Below, one piece after another: positions 20,662-32,494 of a stretch of DNA of 35,247 nucleotides. The notes beneath the pieces were generated by a model. It worked only from the letters and a program-made list of their open reading frames with translations, did no database searches and was not told the origin of the DNA. The DNA is from Psammoneis japonica (Eukaryota), in contig QPGO01000086.1 of NCBI GenBank assembly GCA_008632985.1, positions 310,001 through 345,247 on the forward strand, given 5' to 3'. Both the position numbers and the translations under genes were made by a program. Numbering within the stretch: the stretch's first letter is position 1; every line of letters starts with the position of its first letter.

Positions 20662-23220
20662 CTAGAATGTTACATCGCAAACTTCGTTTGCAACAGCTTC
20701 GTTGCTGAGGTAGTCCTCCATCATTTCTTCCAGGGCGTGCAATCGTGAACGTTTCAAGTCTGCGTCATTCGCGAGGTGACTTTGTTCCATGGTAACCACG
20801 GCAATGGCCTTTTCGACAAATCGCAGGGCCAATTTGACGCCTGCACCATTCTCAAACAAGTTGTTCATGGCATCTGCCATGGCATTGACTTTGTCCTCGT
20901 CCAGGGTCGAGGACATGTTCTCAGTTGCACTGAAACTATCCCGCAGCAGCTGTGCCATTGATTCAGATCCAACTGGCTGGGGAACTGCAACTGTTTGGAC
21001 AAAGCACTCATTCAAAACAGAGCAGGCAGCATTGGACATTGATGTGGCAGCAATGACTCAAAAGTGTTTTTCAGTCACCTTGGACTGACTGACTGCCTTG
21101 GCTGCAGTGGATGTTGCAGGTGGAGTTTGCAGCAGTGCCCGCAGAGTGGAAATCATGGCGCCACTGCAGCCATTGGGTCCAGATCCCGCACAAACTTGGT
21201 CAATGTCCTTCAGAACTGGAAGAGACCCGGGCATTTCTCAGGCTTCCACAAACTTTTCTGCCAGAGCAGCAGCCTGTCCAGCCCCCATCGACCAGCAAGT
21301 CCAGTGCTGTTGCAAAGCAAACAAATTCTGATGCTCCAGTTGAGAGGAAGCTTTGGCAGCCAGCAGTCTGGGTGGCAAGCGCAGTGGCTCCACACCTGCT
21401 TCCAGTGCCACCACCAACTGGTGGCATTGACTCTGCCAATTCCAAAGTGAAAGATCTCAAAGGCAGTGCAACAAATTGATCAAGATCACAGAGGACTCGC
21501 TTCATGGAAGAAGAGCAAAGGCCAGTGCCATGAGGACATCTTGCCTTCAAAACTTCATCTTGCTTCCCAAGGACTGGCCGAACTTCTCTCAAGGCATCAT
21601 TGAGGTCTTTGACTGCAAGAACACCATTGGCACCATCATCATCCTGCTGCTCTTTGGCGCGTGCCAAGGCAAAGCTTGCAGTGCTCCATGCCAAGCCTGC
21701 AAGTTCAGCTCCAGTGCAGTGCTCTGTGATGACAGGCAATCCCTTCTTGCCAAGGTCTTCAAGACATGCTTGGGCATCTTTGCGGATGCCACCTGCCTCC
21801 TTCATTGACCTTGCATGAGCTCAAAGAATGTCTCTTCTGCCAGCATCATCAGGCAATTCCACCCAATGATGCACTTCCAGTCAACCAGGATGCAAGAATG
21901 CTGGGTCCAGCAGCTCACAGGTTGATTCACACAAGTCCAACAATGAGGACATTGTCAGCCTCTTGGACTCCATCCATCTTGGCCAACAGTTGGTTGGCAA
22001 TGCTGCCATGCACTCCAGCCATGTTGCTTGTCACACTGCCTCTCTTTCCAGTGATGGCATCCATTTCATCAAGAACAACAACATGTGAAGAGCAGACATG
22101 ATGTTGCCAACTTGTTTGCATTCATCAAGAATTTTGGGGCAGTTGACAATTTGTTCTTGGGTGCCCAACAAGGTTGCCAACTCTCTTGCCAACAAGGTCA
22201 CTCCACAACCAGGATGCCCACTCAGAAGAATGCCTTGGACATGGTTGATGCCCAGTCATTTGGCAGCTTCAGGGTTGGCACCACTGGCAAGAACATGGTG
22301 GATGACAGAGTCCAGCTGGACATCCAAGCCACCAACCTTGTCAAAGGTTGAGTTCAATCATTCTCCCAAGGGTTTCTTTTCTGAGGCATTCTCCCCTTCA
22401 GCTTCATTGCTGGCTTCTCTGTTTGGTCTGTTTGTCTTGCACTCCTCTTCCTCTTTGGCTGGCTCAGGCGCAATGACCAAGAACTCCAAAATGTGATTCT
22501 CAGACAAGGTGTGCAGTGGGCCTCCCACACATTTGATGTGGGCTTTGCTGTCTGTCAAAAGGTCTCCTCTTCTTCATCTTTTTTTTTTCAATGCAGTGTG
22601 CACAGACCTCCCAAGAAGCTTGCATTGCCACCACCACAAACATCTTTTTTCAAAGTCTTTTGACAGAACCCTGCATTCTGACCAGGCCCTTGGAGCAACC
22701 ACACTTCCACGATGGAGTCAAGGGCTTGACTGCTGACCAACTTCCTGTGGGCACTGATGCTGCCATTGACCATGATCTTGAGAGAGGATGTGCAAAAAGG
22801 CACCCCAATCCTGGCCTCCAGCCAGACAAAATCAAGGAGGTTGTGGGGCACCGGCATCTGCTTTGGCCAAGAGTTGGTTGCAGGCCCTGCCTTGGACTCG
22901 GGCTTGATGTTGACAAGGTCCATGAGATGCGCCACAGCATCATTGTCCCCCCAAGTCTGTGGTTGATGGAGCATCTGGCTCCACAGCAGTCTTGAAACTT
23001 GCCTGATGCAAAGCTGCTGGTGTTTCTGTTGAATCCAGGGCAACACGGTCGGATGGAGTTGAGCCCAAGAAGGTGATGGCGGAGGGACCCACCCAAGCTT
23101 CAATGGATTGCAACAAAGCCAGAAGCAGAAATGGAGAGTGGTCAAGAGACAAGGCTGATTCACTGCAAAAGAGCTCTTGCAAACACTCTCCATGTCGTGG
23201 AACGCTGCGAAAGCTTTCAA
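20662..23220 (-). pseudogene. NSF/Sec18-like vesicle-fusing AAA+ ATPase pseudogene
   Basis: Reads GGLDVQLDSVIHHVLAS...AAK*LGINHVQGILLSGHPGCGVTLLARELA (decayed Walker A), HVVVLDEMDAITGKRGS...SIANQLLAKMDGVQEADNVLIVG (Walker B region) and EHCTGAELAGL. The C-terminal ORF 20662..21039 is still open. The 5' limit is approximate. Confidence 0.85.
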
Positions 23221-23529
23221 TTTCCGAAAGTGGGTTGCTGGGGCATCGCTTGGGTGCAGATTCGTTCCACACCATCGTCAACTCAGTGTTGCTTTTTGGC
23301 CTTGTCCAGAATGACATTTTTTTGTCTGTTTGTGTGTGCCTTTGTTGGAGGAGTCAATGCCAGATGAAATTTTATCAGAGCCTTCATTTGCACTCGTGGT
23401 TGATTGCTCATCTGCGTGTTTTGACATTGCAGGCATGCCTTGTGTTTGTGCCCCCAGTGAGACATGACTCAGATGTGATTTCCCAACCATGTTCATGCAT
23501 TCCATGTTCTGTTTGCTTGAAAAAGTCTG
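20939..23529. other. Hypermutated domain 2 (TpA/CpG depleted), fading out to ~24030
   Basis: Manual count: one TA (23373, in TTTTA) in ~2.6 kb, and four more between 23530 and 24030. Confidence 0.95.
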
Positions 23530-24354
23530 TAGAGACAGGATGAACATGCCCACAACACCACATGAAAAAAAGGAAAAACGAGTTTGGCCGGCACAGCCGC
23601 TGTTGTTCTAGAAAGCTTGGCCGCTGGAGACCAAAAAATCATCAGAGAGAGAAACAATCTAAGACCAACACTTGAAATGCTGGCACACATCAAAGGAGGA
23701 CACTTCTGAGGGGAAGAGCTGTGTGAGAGCATCAGCAACAATCGACTGTTGTTGTGAAAGGCTGACAACCGAAAGTTTTGCGGCAAATTCAAAGCTTCTC
23801 AATCTTTTGAAACTGACGAACGAGAGACAAAAGTGCCGTCTGATTTTTTCATCCATCAATGACCCTTGACAAGCCATCAAGAAGGTGCAGCAAAGAGCTG
23901 CTGCGCCCGGGAAGGGCCGCTGGTAACGCGTGTCAATGCCATGTCGTTTTGTGGTGGGTGATGGCTTTCCGGTCTGCGAAGAGTGAGATCGCGAGTGTGG
24001 GTCCGAAATGATTTGCGGAAGTTTGTCCAATAAGTGATCTATAAATATCCGGATACATCATTCATTGATCTAACGGTCGAAAAATTTCTTTTATTAAGTA
24101 CACGTGGAAAGCACGCCAGATCACTTAAGAACTACGACGTCAAGTTTCTCCGTCCTAAATAAATAAAAATTCGATATGAAAATTTCATTTTGTCTGCCGG
24201 TATTTTTGGCGGGAAAACTCCGCTCGCGATCCAAGTACGATGCATGCGGGACGCGACATGAAGCGGAAGAATTCACAAACGTGCCGGAGTTGTTTCCCGG
24301 CAATCCCGTCGTGTGGGGGTGATAACTGCGAAGTAGTAGCCATCACCACCCCAC

Positions 24355-27300
24355 ATGACTGAGACCATGATGGCTGGAGGAGTGGCGGTAGAAGACGCCG
24401 GGCCTCGGCAACTTTTCCCCGAGGCAACAACCATGACGCAGAACAACATTGGCTCGCCGGCGTCAACTTCGACCGCAACACCGCAAACTGACAACCGTGA
24501 AGACACAGCAGGCGAGGATCCGCCTACCAAGCCACTCGTAGAACCATCAACAGCTCTGCAGCAGCCATCCATTCTGGAAACCATTGGGCCCTCTGCTACG
24601 GCGCGGCCTCCAGTTGCTGCGGTCGACTCCAGAGGCTCAACCAGAACGTCTAGTAAATCAGAGCGAAGGAGGAGGCGTAAGAAAGCAAATTCAGACTTGG
24701 GCCCCATGCTGACGGAAGAAGAGCAGTATGCTTCTAATGAGTTTGGGAAGAAAGCAGTAAGCGAACGTCATCATTCTCGGCGCCACCATCACCACCATCG
24801 ACGAACGACCAGTGAAGATTATCGTTACTACGGACATCCTCAGGAAGATCCATATTATGCGCAACAGATGCAGCAGCGCTACCCCATCCCTCCTCAACTG
24901 TATCCTCCAGCCACGTATCAGGAGTATATGTTACAGCAGCAGCAACAGCAGCAGCAACAGCAGCAGCAGGTAATGTATCAGAGTCCACCAGCGCACCAAC
25001 GTATGCGTGGGCATCACCGTGTTCAGAGTGATCCCAACGTACCGGTTCCAGATATGGTAGGATATTGGAATGGTCAGTCACCCGCCCTTTCTCCTGCGGG
25101 CAATCCCCTCATTCCTATTTTAAATCAAGATGGGATGGCCGTAGACGCATCACCTATGGAGAATGGTGGTTCTCGTCGTATCCGCAACCAACAGTTCTCT
25201 AGCAACCGGGTACGATCCTCTTCTGCTTCAGGACAAATCCAGCAGCAGTACGGCTCCATGCAGCAGCCAGTTCCGCCTCCAACATCCGCCGGAATTACTC
25301 CCGAAAAGAGCTCCCCTCGACAGCAATATTCTCCTCGCAGTCAGTTTTCTCCTCGCGGCGAAATCATGTCGTTGGCCAATGCCTTTTCGCCGCAGCGACC
25401 AACAAGTGGGAGCCGAAGGACACCCCCACAGTCTCCTGTACAAACCTACCAACAGGTTTCGCCTCACACAACCATGGGCATTCCGCCGGGCTTGTCTCCG
25501 GCAACCATGACTCCTCCTCCGGCATCGGTCCTTCGCAAAGGAAGTAATAGTGGTCCGTCATCGTATCCCGGCGGTGGTGAGGATCCTCGTGGTGTGACGT
25601 TTTCTCCTCACACACCCGTAGCTTGGGATACTTTGTGGAAGAGGGTGGTGGTGTCCCTGAGGACTTGATTCAGCCAACAAGGAATCATCATCGTCCGGTA
25701 GGCACAAGCGATCGGCGCAATCCATCCGAAAGATGAATATGCGACAGCAGTCGGCACAAATCTACATGGAAGAATCCAAGGGTACGCAACAGCCCAAGGC
25801 TTGCAGGGATGTCTTGTTTGCAGTCTTGTTTGTCTTGCACTTGATTGGCATGGTGTACTTGGGTTCCATGTATGGTCCCGACGCGTTTAGCAGAAGGAAC
25901 GGTTCAATTGATGACGACGATGATCCTTTACACGTGACGGTGGCTTATGCAAATGTCATTTATGTGGCTTGTCTCTGCGGGGCCTTTGCAATTGCCGTGT
26001 CGTCGCTCGTCTTGTGGCTCATGGCAGTGTTTGCTCGTCGTGTGGTTCAAGTGGCGCTCATTCTGACGATTGGTTTGAGCTTTTGCTGGGGAACCATTGG
26101 GATTGGTCTGAGCCCAAAGAATATTGTTCCCATTACCGGAATCATTGCCCTTGCACTGAGTGTTGGTTATACCTTTGTCGTTTGGGACCGTATCCCCTTT
26201 GCCACGGCGAATCTGCTGACGGCGCTCAGTGCTATCCGAGAAAACTTTGGAACCGTGTTAATTTCATTTTTCTTTCAAGGATTGGCGTTGGGTTGGTCCA
26301 TTTACTACACCTTTGTTGTTGTGGGTGTATACGACGCCATTGAAACTGGCGATCTTGTCATTGGTAAACAGGCTACAATATTTCTGTACACCATGCTTGC
26401 CATTTCTTACTATTGGACATTTCATGTGCTATTGGTAAGAATATTGTTTACGATTGTTGTGTCTCAGTACGGAGTTTCGATTCATCTAATCCTCTATTTT
26501 CACGGTTTGCTGTTCAGAATATTGTCCAAGTTTCGGTGGCCGGGACGATTGGTTGTTGGTGGTTTAAGGAACATGCTCGATTTTGCGACGGAACTCCTAC
26601 AAGGAATGTCTTGTATTCAATTTCCTTGTACTTTGGATCCATTTGCTTTGGAAGCCTTCTTGTCGGACCCGTCCGTCTCATTCGTCAGTTTTCGCTCTTT
26701 TTCCGTCCCAACCAAGTGGATGACACGGCTCTCATGTGCTTGCACGAGTGCCTGTCGTGTATTCAAAATTGCATTGCTTCCGTGGCGGACAATTTGGCGG
26801 CATATTTTAATCCGTTTGCTTTTACCTATGTTGGATTGTATGGATATAGCTTGCTTGATGCCGGTCACCATGCCACGAAGCTATTTGAGAAGCGAGGCTG
26901 GGCGCAGATTGTGGCGGACGACTTGATCCCAAACATTTTACTCATGGTTAGTCTGGTAATTGGAGGCTGCACCGGGGTCTTTGGGTCTTTGGTGGAAGAT
27001 TTGGAAGGATTTAACTTTATCAATGGCGACAGAGAAGCTTTGCAGGGAGCGACGGCAAAGGCGTTTGCGTAAGTTCTAATTTCCAGTGGAAGCTCGTTTG
27101 CCTTGTTTGTTTCCTTGCTCATTTCTTATTTGTATCGCACACGATAGAATTGGCGTGCTTGTCGGGCTGGTATTGACCAGTGTCCTGTTTGGAATCATTA
27201 GTAGCTCGGTCAATGCCGTTCTCGTTTGTTTTGCGGGAAGCCCGGTGGAATTCGAAAGGTACCATCCTGAACTAAGCCACGAAATGAGAGCTGCGTGGAG

Positions 27301-27394
27301 AGAGGTATGGCCAGGTTGTATGAACGTTGTAGATATCAAGGTGGCATATGCTCAGCAGAATGAAGTAGAAACTGAGACGACTCCCCTTGTTTAA
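24355..27394 (+). CDS. Choline transporter-like (CTL/SLC44/Pns1) membrane protein with a long low-complexity N-terminus
   Basis: Motifs 'CRDVLFAVLF', 'WDRIPFATANL', 'FGSICFGSLLV', 'YFNPFAFTYVGLYG' and 'LFEKRGW...DDLI'. Introns 26435-26517 and 27069-27147 restore the frame. The link from ORF 24355..25668 to 25733 requires frameshifts near 25620-25670. Confidence 0.85.
24934..24969 (+). repeat. CAG/CAA poly-glutamine repeat
   Basis: Encodes Q12 in the N-terminal region of the CTL-like ORF. Confidence 0.9.
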
Positions 27395-28882
27395 GCGACA
27401 AAAGGATGGACAGCTCAAGGAGGATCGGTTCAGCTTCTACTTTCCTTCATATTACTGTATATTTGTTTCATAATTGATCTTTAATGGACTTTGTAATGTG
27501 TAGCTCTGCGCTGCTTCCTCTGGTTTTTGTGCTTGAATTTTAAACAGAAGTGCATTGACAGGATCAAGCGGAATCCATAGAGTCGGCATTCTTCTGTTCC
27601 TCCCGAACAACAAGTGAATACGACGAATCGATAAAAATATGCAGGCGATCAGCGCCGAAATAGTCCAGCACATATCAACGACAACACGCTGTAACGAATG
27701 CCCCGTCGCGGACCCCATGTTTAAAGTGTGCGATGACATTGCAAGCGCTACGACCGCCATCGCAGTCCACATTGACGTACGCACGGAATGAATAACACGC
27801 CAATAAAGATTGCTATGTCGTACTTTAAGTATTTCTACATCTACTGTAAAGGTTCAAAGCGTGTTTCAAATATTTGAGACACACCAATATCAAAAGTTGA
27901 TATAAATTGGTAGCGTAGGGTAACATTGCCTCAAGAGCGTCATCAAAAGATAGCGCTCAAGCTTTTACGTATCTTCAGAGTGACAAAATATCACAAAAAA
28001 AAAAGTAAAAGGGGGGACGTACTACGGAGACAACAAGAAAACTTGCGAGTCAACCGTGTTCTAAATCAACACTCCCTACGAGTGAAGACTTACCGTATCA
28101 TGCCACTGATACGACAGAACCCCAAACCTGTGTTCCGTCAACAGTATGATCTGCTCGGCGAGCTTTTGCTGCTTCGCAGACGAACACCGCTGTCTGTTTC
28201 AACAGCCGTGACCTGACGGGTCAAGCGAACAGGCAACTTCCTACGCTCAAAGACACGAGAGTGACATGGACTCAAGGCCGGAGAGACGCATTCGATTTGC
28301 CCCGACCTCTGGACTTAACTGGCAACACCTACGCCACCTAGAGACAACACGCCATCAAGCATAATGAGTTGTGGAATGCCAAACAAATGCAAGGTCTCAA
28401 TCCAGAGGAAGGGCGAGCCATCCTTGGCGATAACGGCATTCAGGCTTGGCAAACAACAACACATCGTGCGAGACGACGAGTGTGAGAGAGCGCAAAGTCG
28501 AAGAGATTTGTTGTGTCGTGACCGTTTCTAAATTTCTCAATCACTATCTTTTTTGTGTACCTAAGTAGAATTAATACCATTATATCGTATGTAGAAAATT
28601 GGTAGGAACTTGGTACTCTCTATCGGATTACCAATTCCGCCGTAGGCTCTACGGTAGCAAAAAAAAACTGCCGCCGATGACCGATGACGTCTTCTTTGTC
28701 GAGGTCCGAGCTCCAGAATTAGCAGCACACCGCAGACGATACCGCATAACCTGAAACCCGCCCGCAACCCGGAACATAGGGCCCTACACAATGATCCTTC
28801 GCTTCATGTTGTCTGTGTGAATAAAAACTGAGCTATGCTTCTCGTGATTATTTAGGTGAACAAGAATTTGTACCGAATCAGC

Positions 28883-31016
28883 ATGTTTCGACCCACAAAA
28901 CGACCGAAAAAGAAGAAAGTCGTGACGACGTCAACTAGTAGTGGTGATGATAAAGATGGTGCGTCGTCTTCCGAAGATGAAATCGTAGTGGTAAAGCGTC
29001 CTGTCCAAAAGAGCAAAAAATCAGGGCGAAAGAAAGCCAAAGTTCCCTCCAAAATTTCGTTCGAGTTGGATACAGAAGAACCCACGAAAAAGAAAAAGAG
29101 AAAAGGAGGCGGTATGGGCTATGGCGGAGCACAAATAACTGTTGAAGCTGAAGAGGAAACCGTCGAAGCCGTCGAATCTGACATGTATGGAAAGGAAGCG
29201 ATGGAGAAGCTCAAGTCGCAGCAACGTTTCAAAAAGAAAAAGATTGAAAAGAAGAACGAAGCGGAGGAGCAACGTACCGAGACGCGAGACGTAGAAGCTG
29301 ATGGAGGCACGTCTCTCCCTTCGTACATACCTCTCTCCACCGCTAAAGAGACAGAGCCAGTCATTCTGGCAGGAGAAGAGGCGATTAATTTTGACCAGAA
29401 TGAAAGTCATGAGCAAATGGAATTGGAACCGCAGCAAACCTTTCCTGCTACCGACGATTGTAATGCTGAAGCGCAAGATGGGAGGCGCAAGTTGCTCGTC
29501 GAGCAGGCATTCTACCTTCCAAAGCCATACCAAACCAAACGGTGACGCCTCGAACAAGCTCAGTCAATTGAAACAACAAGTCGAATCGACGCTGGGTCAC
29601 TTGAGGAACCAACAGGATGACATAAAACAAGCTCACGATGTTCGCATGGTGGAACTGCAGCAGACAAGGTCAGAATTACAGCGACACGAACAAGAACTCG
29701 ACAAGAGTAGCAAGGCTTTGGAGTATTATCAGCAGCTCCGACTGACACTAGCGTCATGGGTAGGGGCCTTGCGAGAACTGCAATCCAAAGTACAGCCGGT
29801 GCAGCAAGCTTTGTTGGAACTCGAAACCGAAATCTCTTCTCCGCAGCACTTGCAAGAATGGCAGGCAGATGTCATTGCGACGTTATCCGAGGCACAGTTA
29901 CTGGACCGCGTATTGGGAAAACAAGTAGAAATACCAGCACGAGAAGTTGCGACGCAAGTTGATGAATTCGGTAGAGATGTCAAATCACAACAATCGCTGC
30001 AACGAGAACAGCGCGCACGACAGAGACGCCAGAGTCGACAAGAATGGGAAAAGCAACAAACGGACGAGAGCCTCTCACTGGAAGACTACTACTCGAGTAA
30101 CGGTTTCTCTTCGAATGAAGAAAAGGACCAGGAAGAGCGACGGACTGCGCTTTTAGAGGCGCTTCATGTCGCAAAGCAGGAACTGAGCGAGGATTACACG
30201 TCGACGTCAAGTCTCTTTGGCGTATTTGAGGAATGGCGACAACACTATCCAGATGAATACAAGCAGTGCTTTGCGTCTCTTAGTTTTGCCGATCTGTTGG
30301 GTGTTCTTGTCCGCGTTGAAATGTGCTCGGACTTGAATCCTTTGCATTTCGGGGAGAAACAGCACCCACAACTCGACTGGTTAGAAATGTTAAAAAGTTC
30401 AGACAGCGACCAAGACGAATCGGAGGATGCATCACCTCTTCAACAAGTTATTGACAAGATTTTGGTTGCCGCTGTTGTCAAAATTTTGGAATTGGGCGCC
30501 TACAATTTATATTCGACAAGCCAGACGGCGATATCCTCGTTTTGTCGTTGGGTGTTTGGGATTATGCCACATAGTCGTAGTGTGACTCGACTGAGGGTAC
30601 GACTGGTGCAATACATCCGTGAATGCCTCGATTCTGTGTCTATTCCTATACTTGTCGCTAGCAGTGACGTAGCAGCCAAGGCGGCTCAAATTGACTTCTT
30701 GGACCAAGCCATGGAGTTTGCAACGGAAGGCCAAGTGTATCGACTCAAGAATCTCCTCGTCAATATTTTTCGCTACTGGGCTCCGATTGTCAAGGAAAAT
30801 GACGAAGCGTTGTGTCAAACTGTCTTGGAGTTTGTTTCGAATAACTTTCTCTTCACCTTATCCTCACTGCAAGCGAGGGGATTGACGAACCTCAGTACCA
30901 AAGTTTTTGGCGAGGTCTGGGAAGCATCCAAAGAATCTAAGTGGCTGGATCGACCAACTACAATGCTTCAAGCTGCACCACTTAGAGCAGCAGCTGTTGC
31001 GTTTCAGCAAAGCTAA
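28883..31016 (+). CDS. GCFC/PAXBP1 (Ntr2-like) spliceosome-disassembly factor-like protein
   Basis: Charged N-terminus, WEAQVARRAG (in a bridging third frame ~29480-29560), coiled coil, 'VDEFGRD' and 'FEEWRQHYPDEYKQCFASLS' resemble the GCFC domain. Two apparent frameshifts. Confidence 0.7.
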
Positions 31017-31279
31017 TATGTACTAGACGCGGTTCGAGAGAGTCTGCTTGACTGTACAAAATCTTCAAGTAGTTTAAAGCGTTCTTCTCAGTTTACATTT
31101 TTCACATATGAATAATATTTTCTGTGGCCTCTTCGCCGTTTCTTGCCTCGCATATTGTATCTACAACCATATAGTACGACGTTCAAATGCGTTACTCGCG
31201 AATGCCTCAATCGCATTCTCGACACAATTTGCGACGACGACCATCTTCTCGAAACTCGGAAACTTCGGTTCTCTGGTTT

Positions 31280-31762
31280 CTAACACGCCAGTTTCGTCTT
31301 CCGCTGCAAGCTCAAGGCCTTATCTTTTTCCCAGTTGGAGTATATGGACGACAACACCTTAATCATACTGGGGTCGTTAATACCAAGCGCTTTCTGTCGT
31401 TTCTGTTCACTCAGAATCCGTCCAATGGTAGCTTTTCGTCGTTGTTGCTTCTCGTTGGGAGCAAACCAAATAAATTTTTCAAGACCCCGAATGGTCTCGT
31501 ACTCAGTCTCAAAGAACATCCCTTTCTTGGCACTGTTAATAGCAGCTTGATTGCGTCTCTTGATACACGCGTAGTCATGTGCGGTGAACCAACACTCTCT
31601 CTGTTCCAACGGGGTTCTCCTCGGAATCACCTTTAGCTGAGTGGACTCCGAACTGAAACGCACTCTACCTTTTGTCACCACACGGTCTTGATCAATCTGC
31701 TTTTTGGGAGACATCATTGGCGTCTCTGGAGTGATGGAACGCCTCGATTTTTTCTTCAGCAT
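31280..31762 (-). CDS. Diatom-type hypothetical protein (VRF...W(F/Y)..DY...RGLE family)
   Basis: 'RVRFS...ECWFTAHDY...ETIRGLEKF...ILSEQKRQKALGINDP'. Start codon uncertain (31762 or 31807). Confidence 0.7.
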   Translation of the reverse strand: MLKKKSRRSITPETPMMSPKKQIDQDRVVTKGRVRFSSESTQLKVIPRRTPLEQRECWFTAHDYACIKRRNQAAINSAKKGMFFETEYETIRGLEKFIWFAPNEKQQRRKATIGRILSEQKRQKALGINDPSMIKVLSSIYSNWEKDKALSLQRKTKLAC

Positions 31763-32494
31763 GGTCGAAAGGACAAACACGGTGAGAAATGTGGCAACCT
31801 GCCGCATCTCGTTTCTTGATCCCTTCTCCACGATTTCAAAATGTGCGTTGAGTCTTCTTGTGATATATTTTATACGGTAATTAGGTAATATTTAATCGTG
31901 TTATTTAATACAAAATTTATTCTTTATATTCAGATCGAAATATATATTTTGAGGTTGAAATTTTGATGCACATCAAAGGAACATGACTGGAACGGCCTTC
32001 CCACCATTTTTTTGGTCCCTTGCTATCTCCGATCACGCCTTCTGTTACAGGTAACACGGCGTGTCAACTGAAGATAAGGCGTGTCAAGACCAATGGCGCA
32101 AAACGAAATAAATTCCATCGACAATTACCAACTTGTCAAAAATTCTAACTAAAAACTAAAACTGGTGGCTCTGCAGTTTAGCTGCATGCGTTGAAGCAGC
32201 CAAGCCAATCTTTGCCGGATGCTAAATGACCATCTTGCTCTTCTCCGACCTCTTTCTAGAGGTATGCGTGTATGCGTGCATCATCAGTCGAATCTAAGAC
32301 TGAATGGCAGCTTCCACCGTCTCCTGGCAAACAGTACTGCGTCTTGAGAGAGTAAGCTCAGCAATTCATCGTGTTTGTCACAAGCGAGTGTAGCTAGAAA
32401 CTGCAAAAGTCGTTCCACATAGCACCCTTTCTTTCAAGCTTTCAACGAGTCTCCCTAACTTGTCATTGTATATCACGACGTCTTTTGAAAGCCC

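Noticed and set aside
14620..22400. In-frame TGA codons as selenocysteine or an alternative genetic code
   Set aside because: They fall at positions expected to be Arg (CGA->TGA) and co-occur with frameshifts and damaged catalytic motifs.
10969..23529. Foreign (viral or contaminant) DNA with native low TpA
   Set aside because: The composition change falls inside continuous coding sequences (retroelement 3' ends, NSF 3' end) and conserved Tyr codons are mutated, so the bias was imposed in place. Origin is not fully excluded for the unknown gene.
20950..23900. Similar overlapping ORFs on both strands
   Set aside because: Same artefact. Only the minus-strand NSF-like fragments carry recognisable motifs.
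27452..28490. Short ORFs 27452..27784 (-) and 27926..28216 (+)
   Set aside because: No ATG-led coherent model or recognisable motif, so not supportable.
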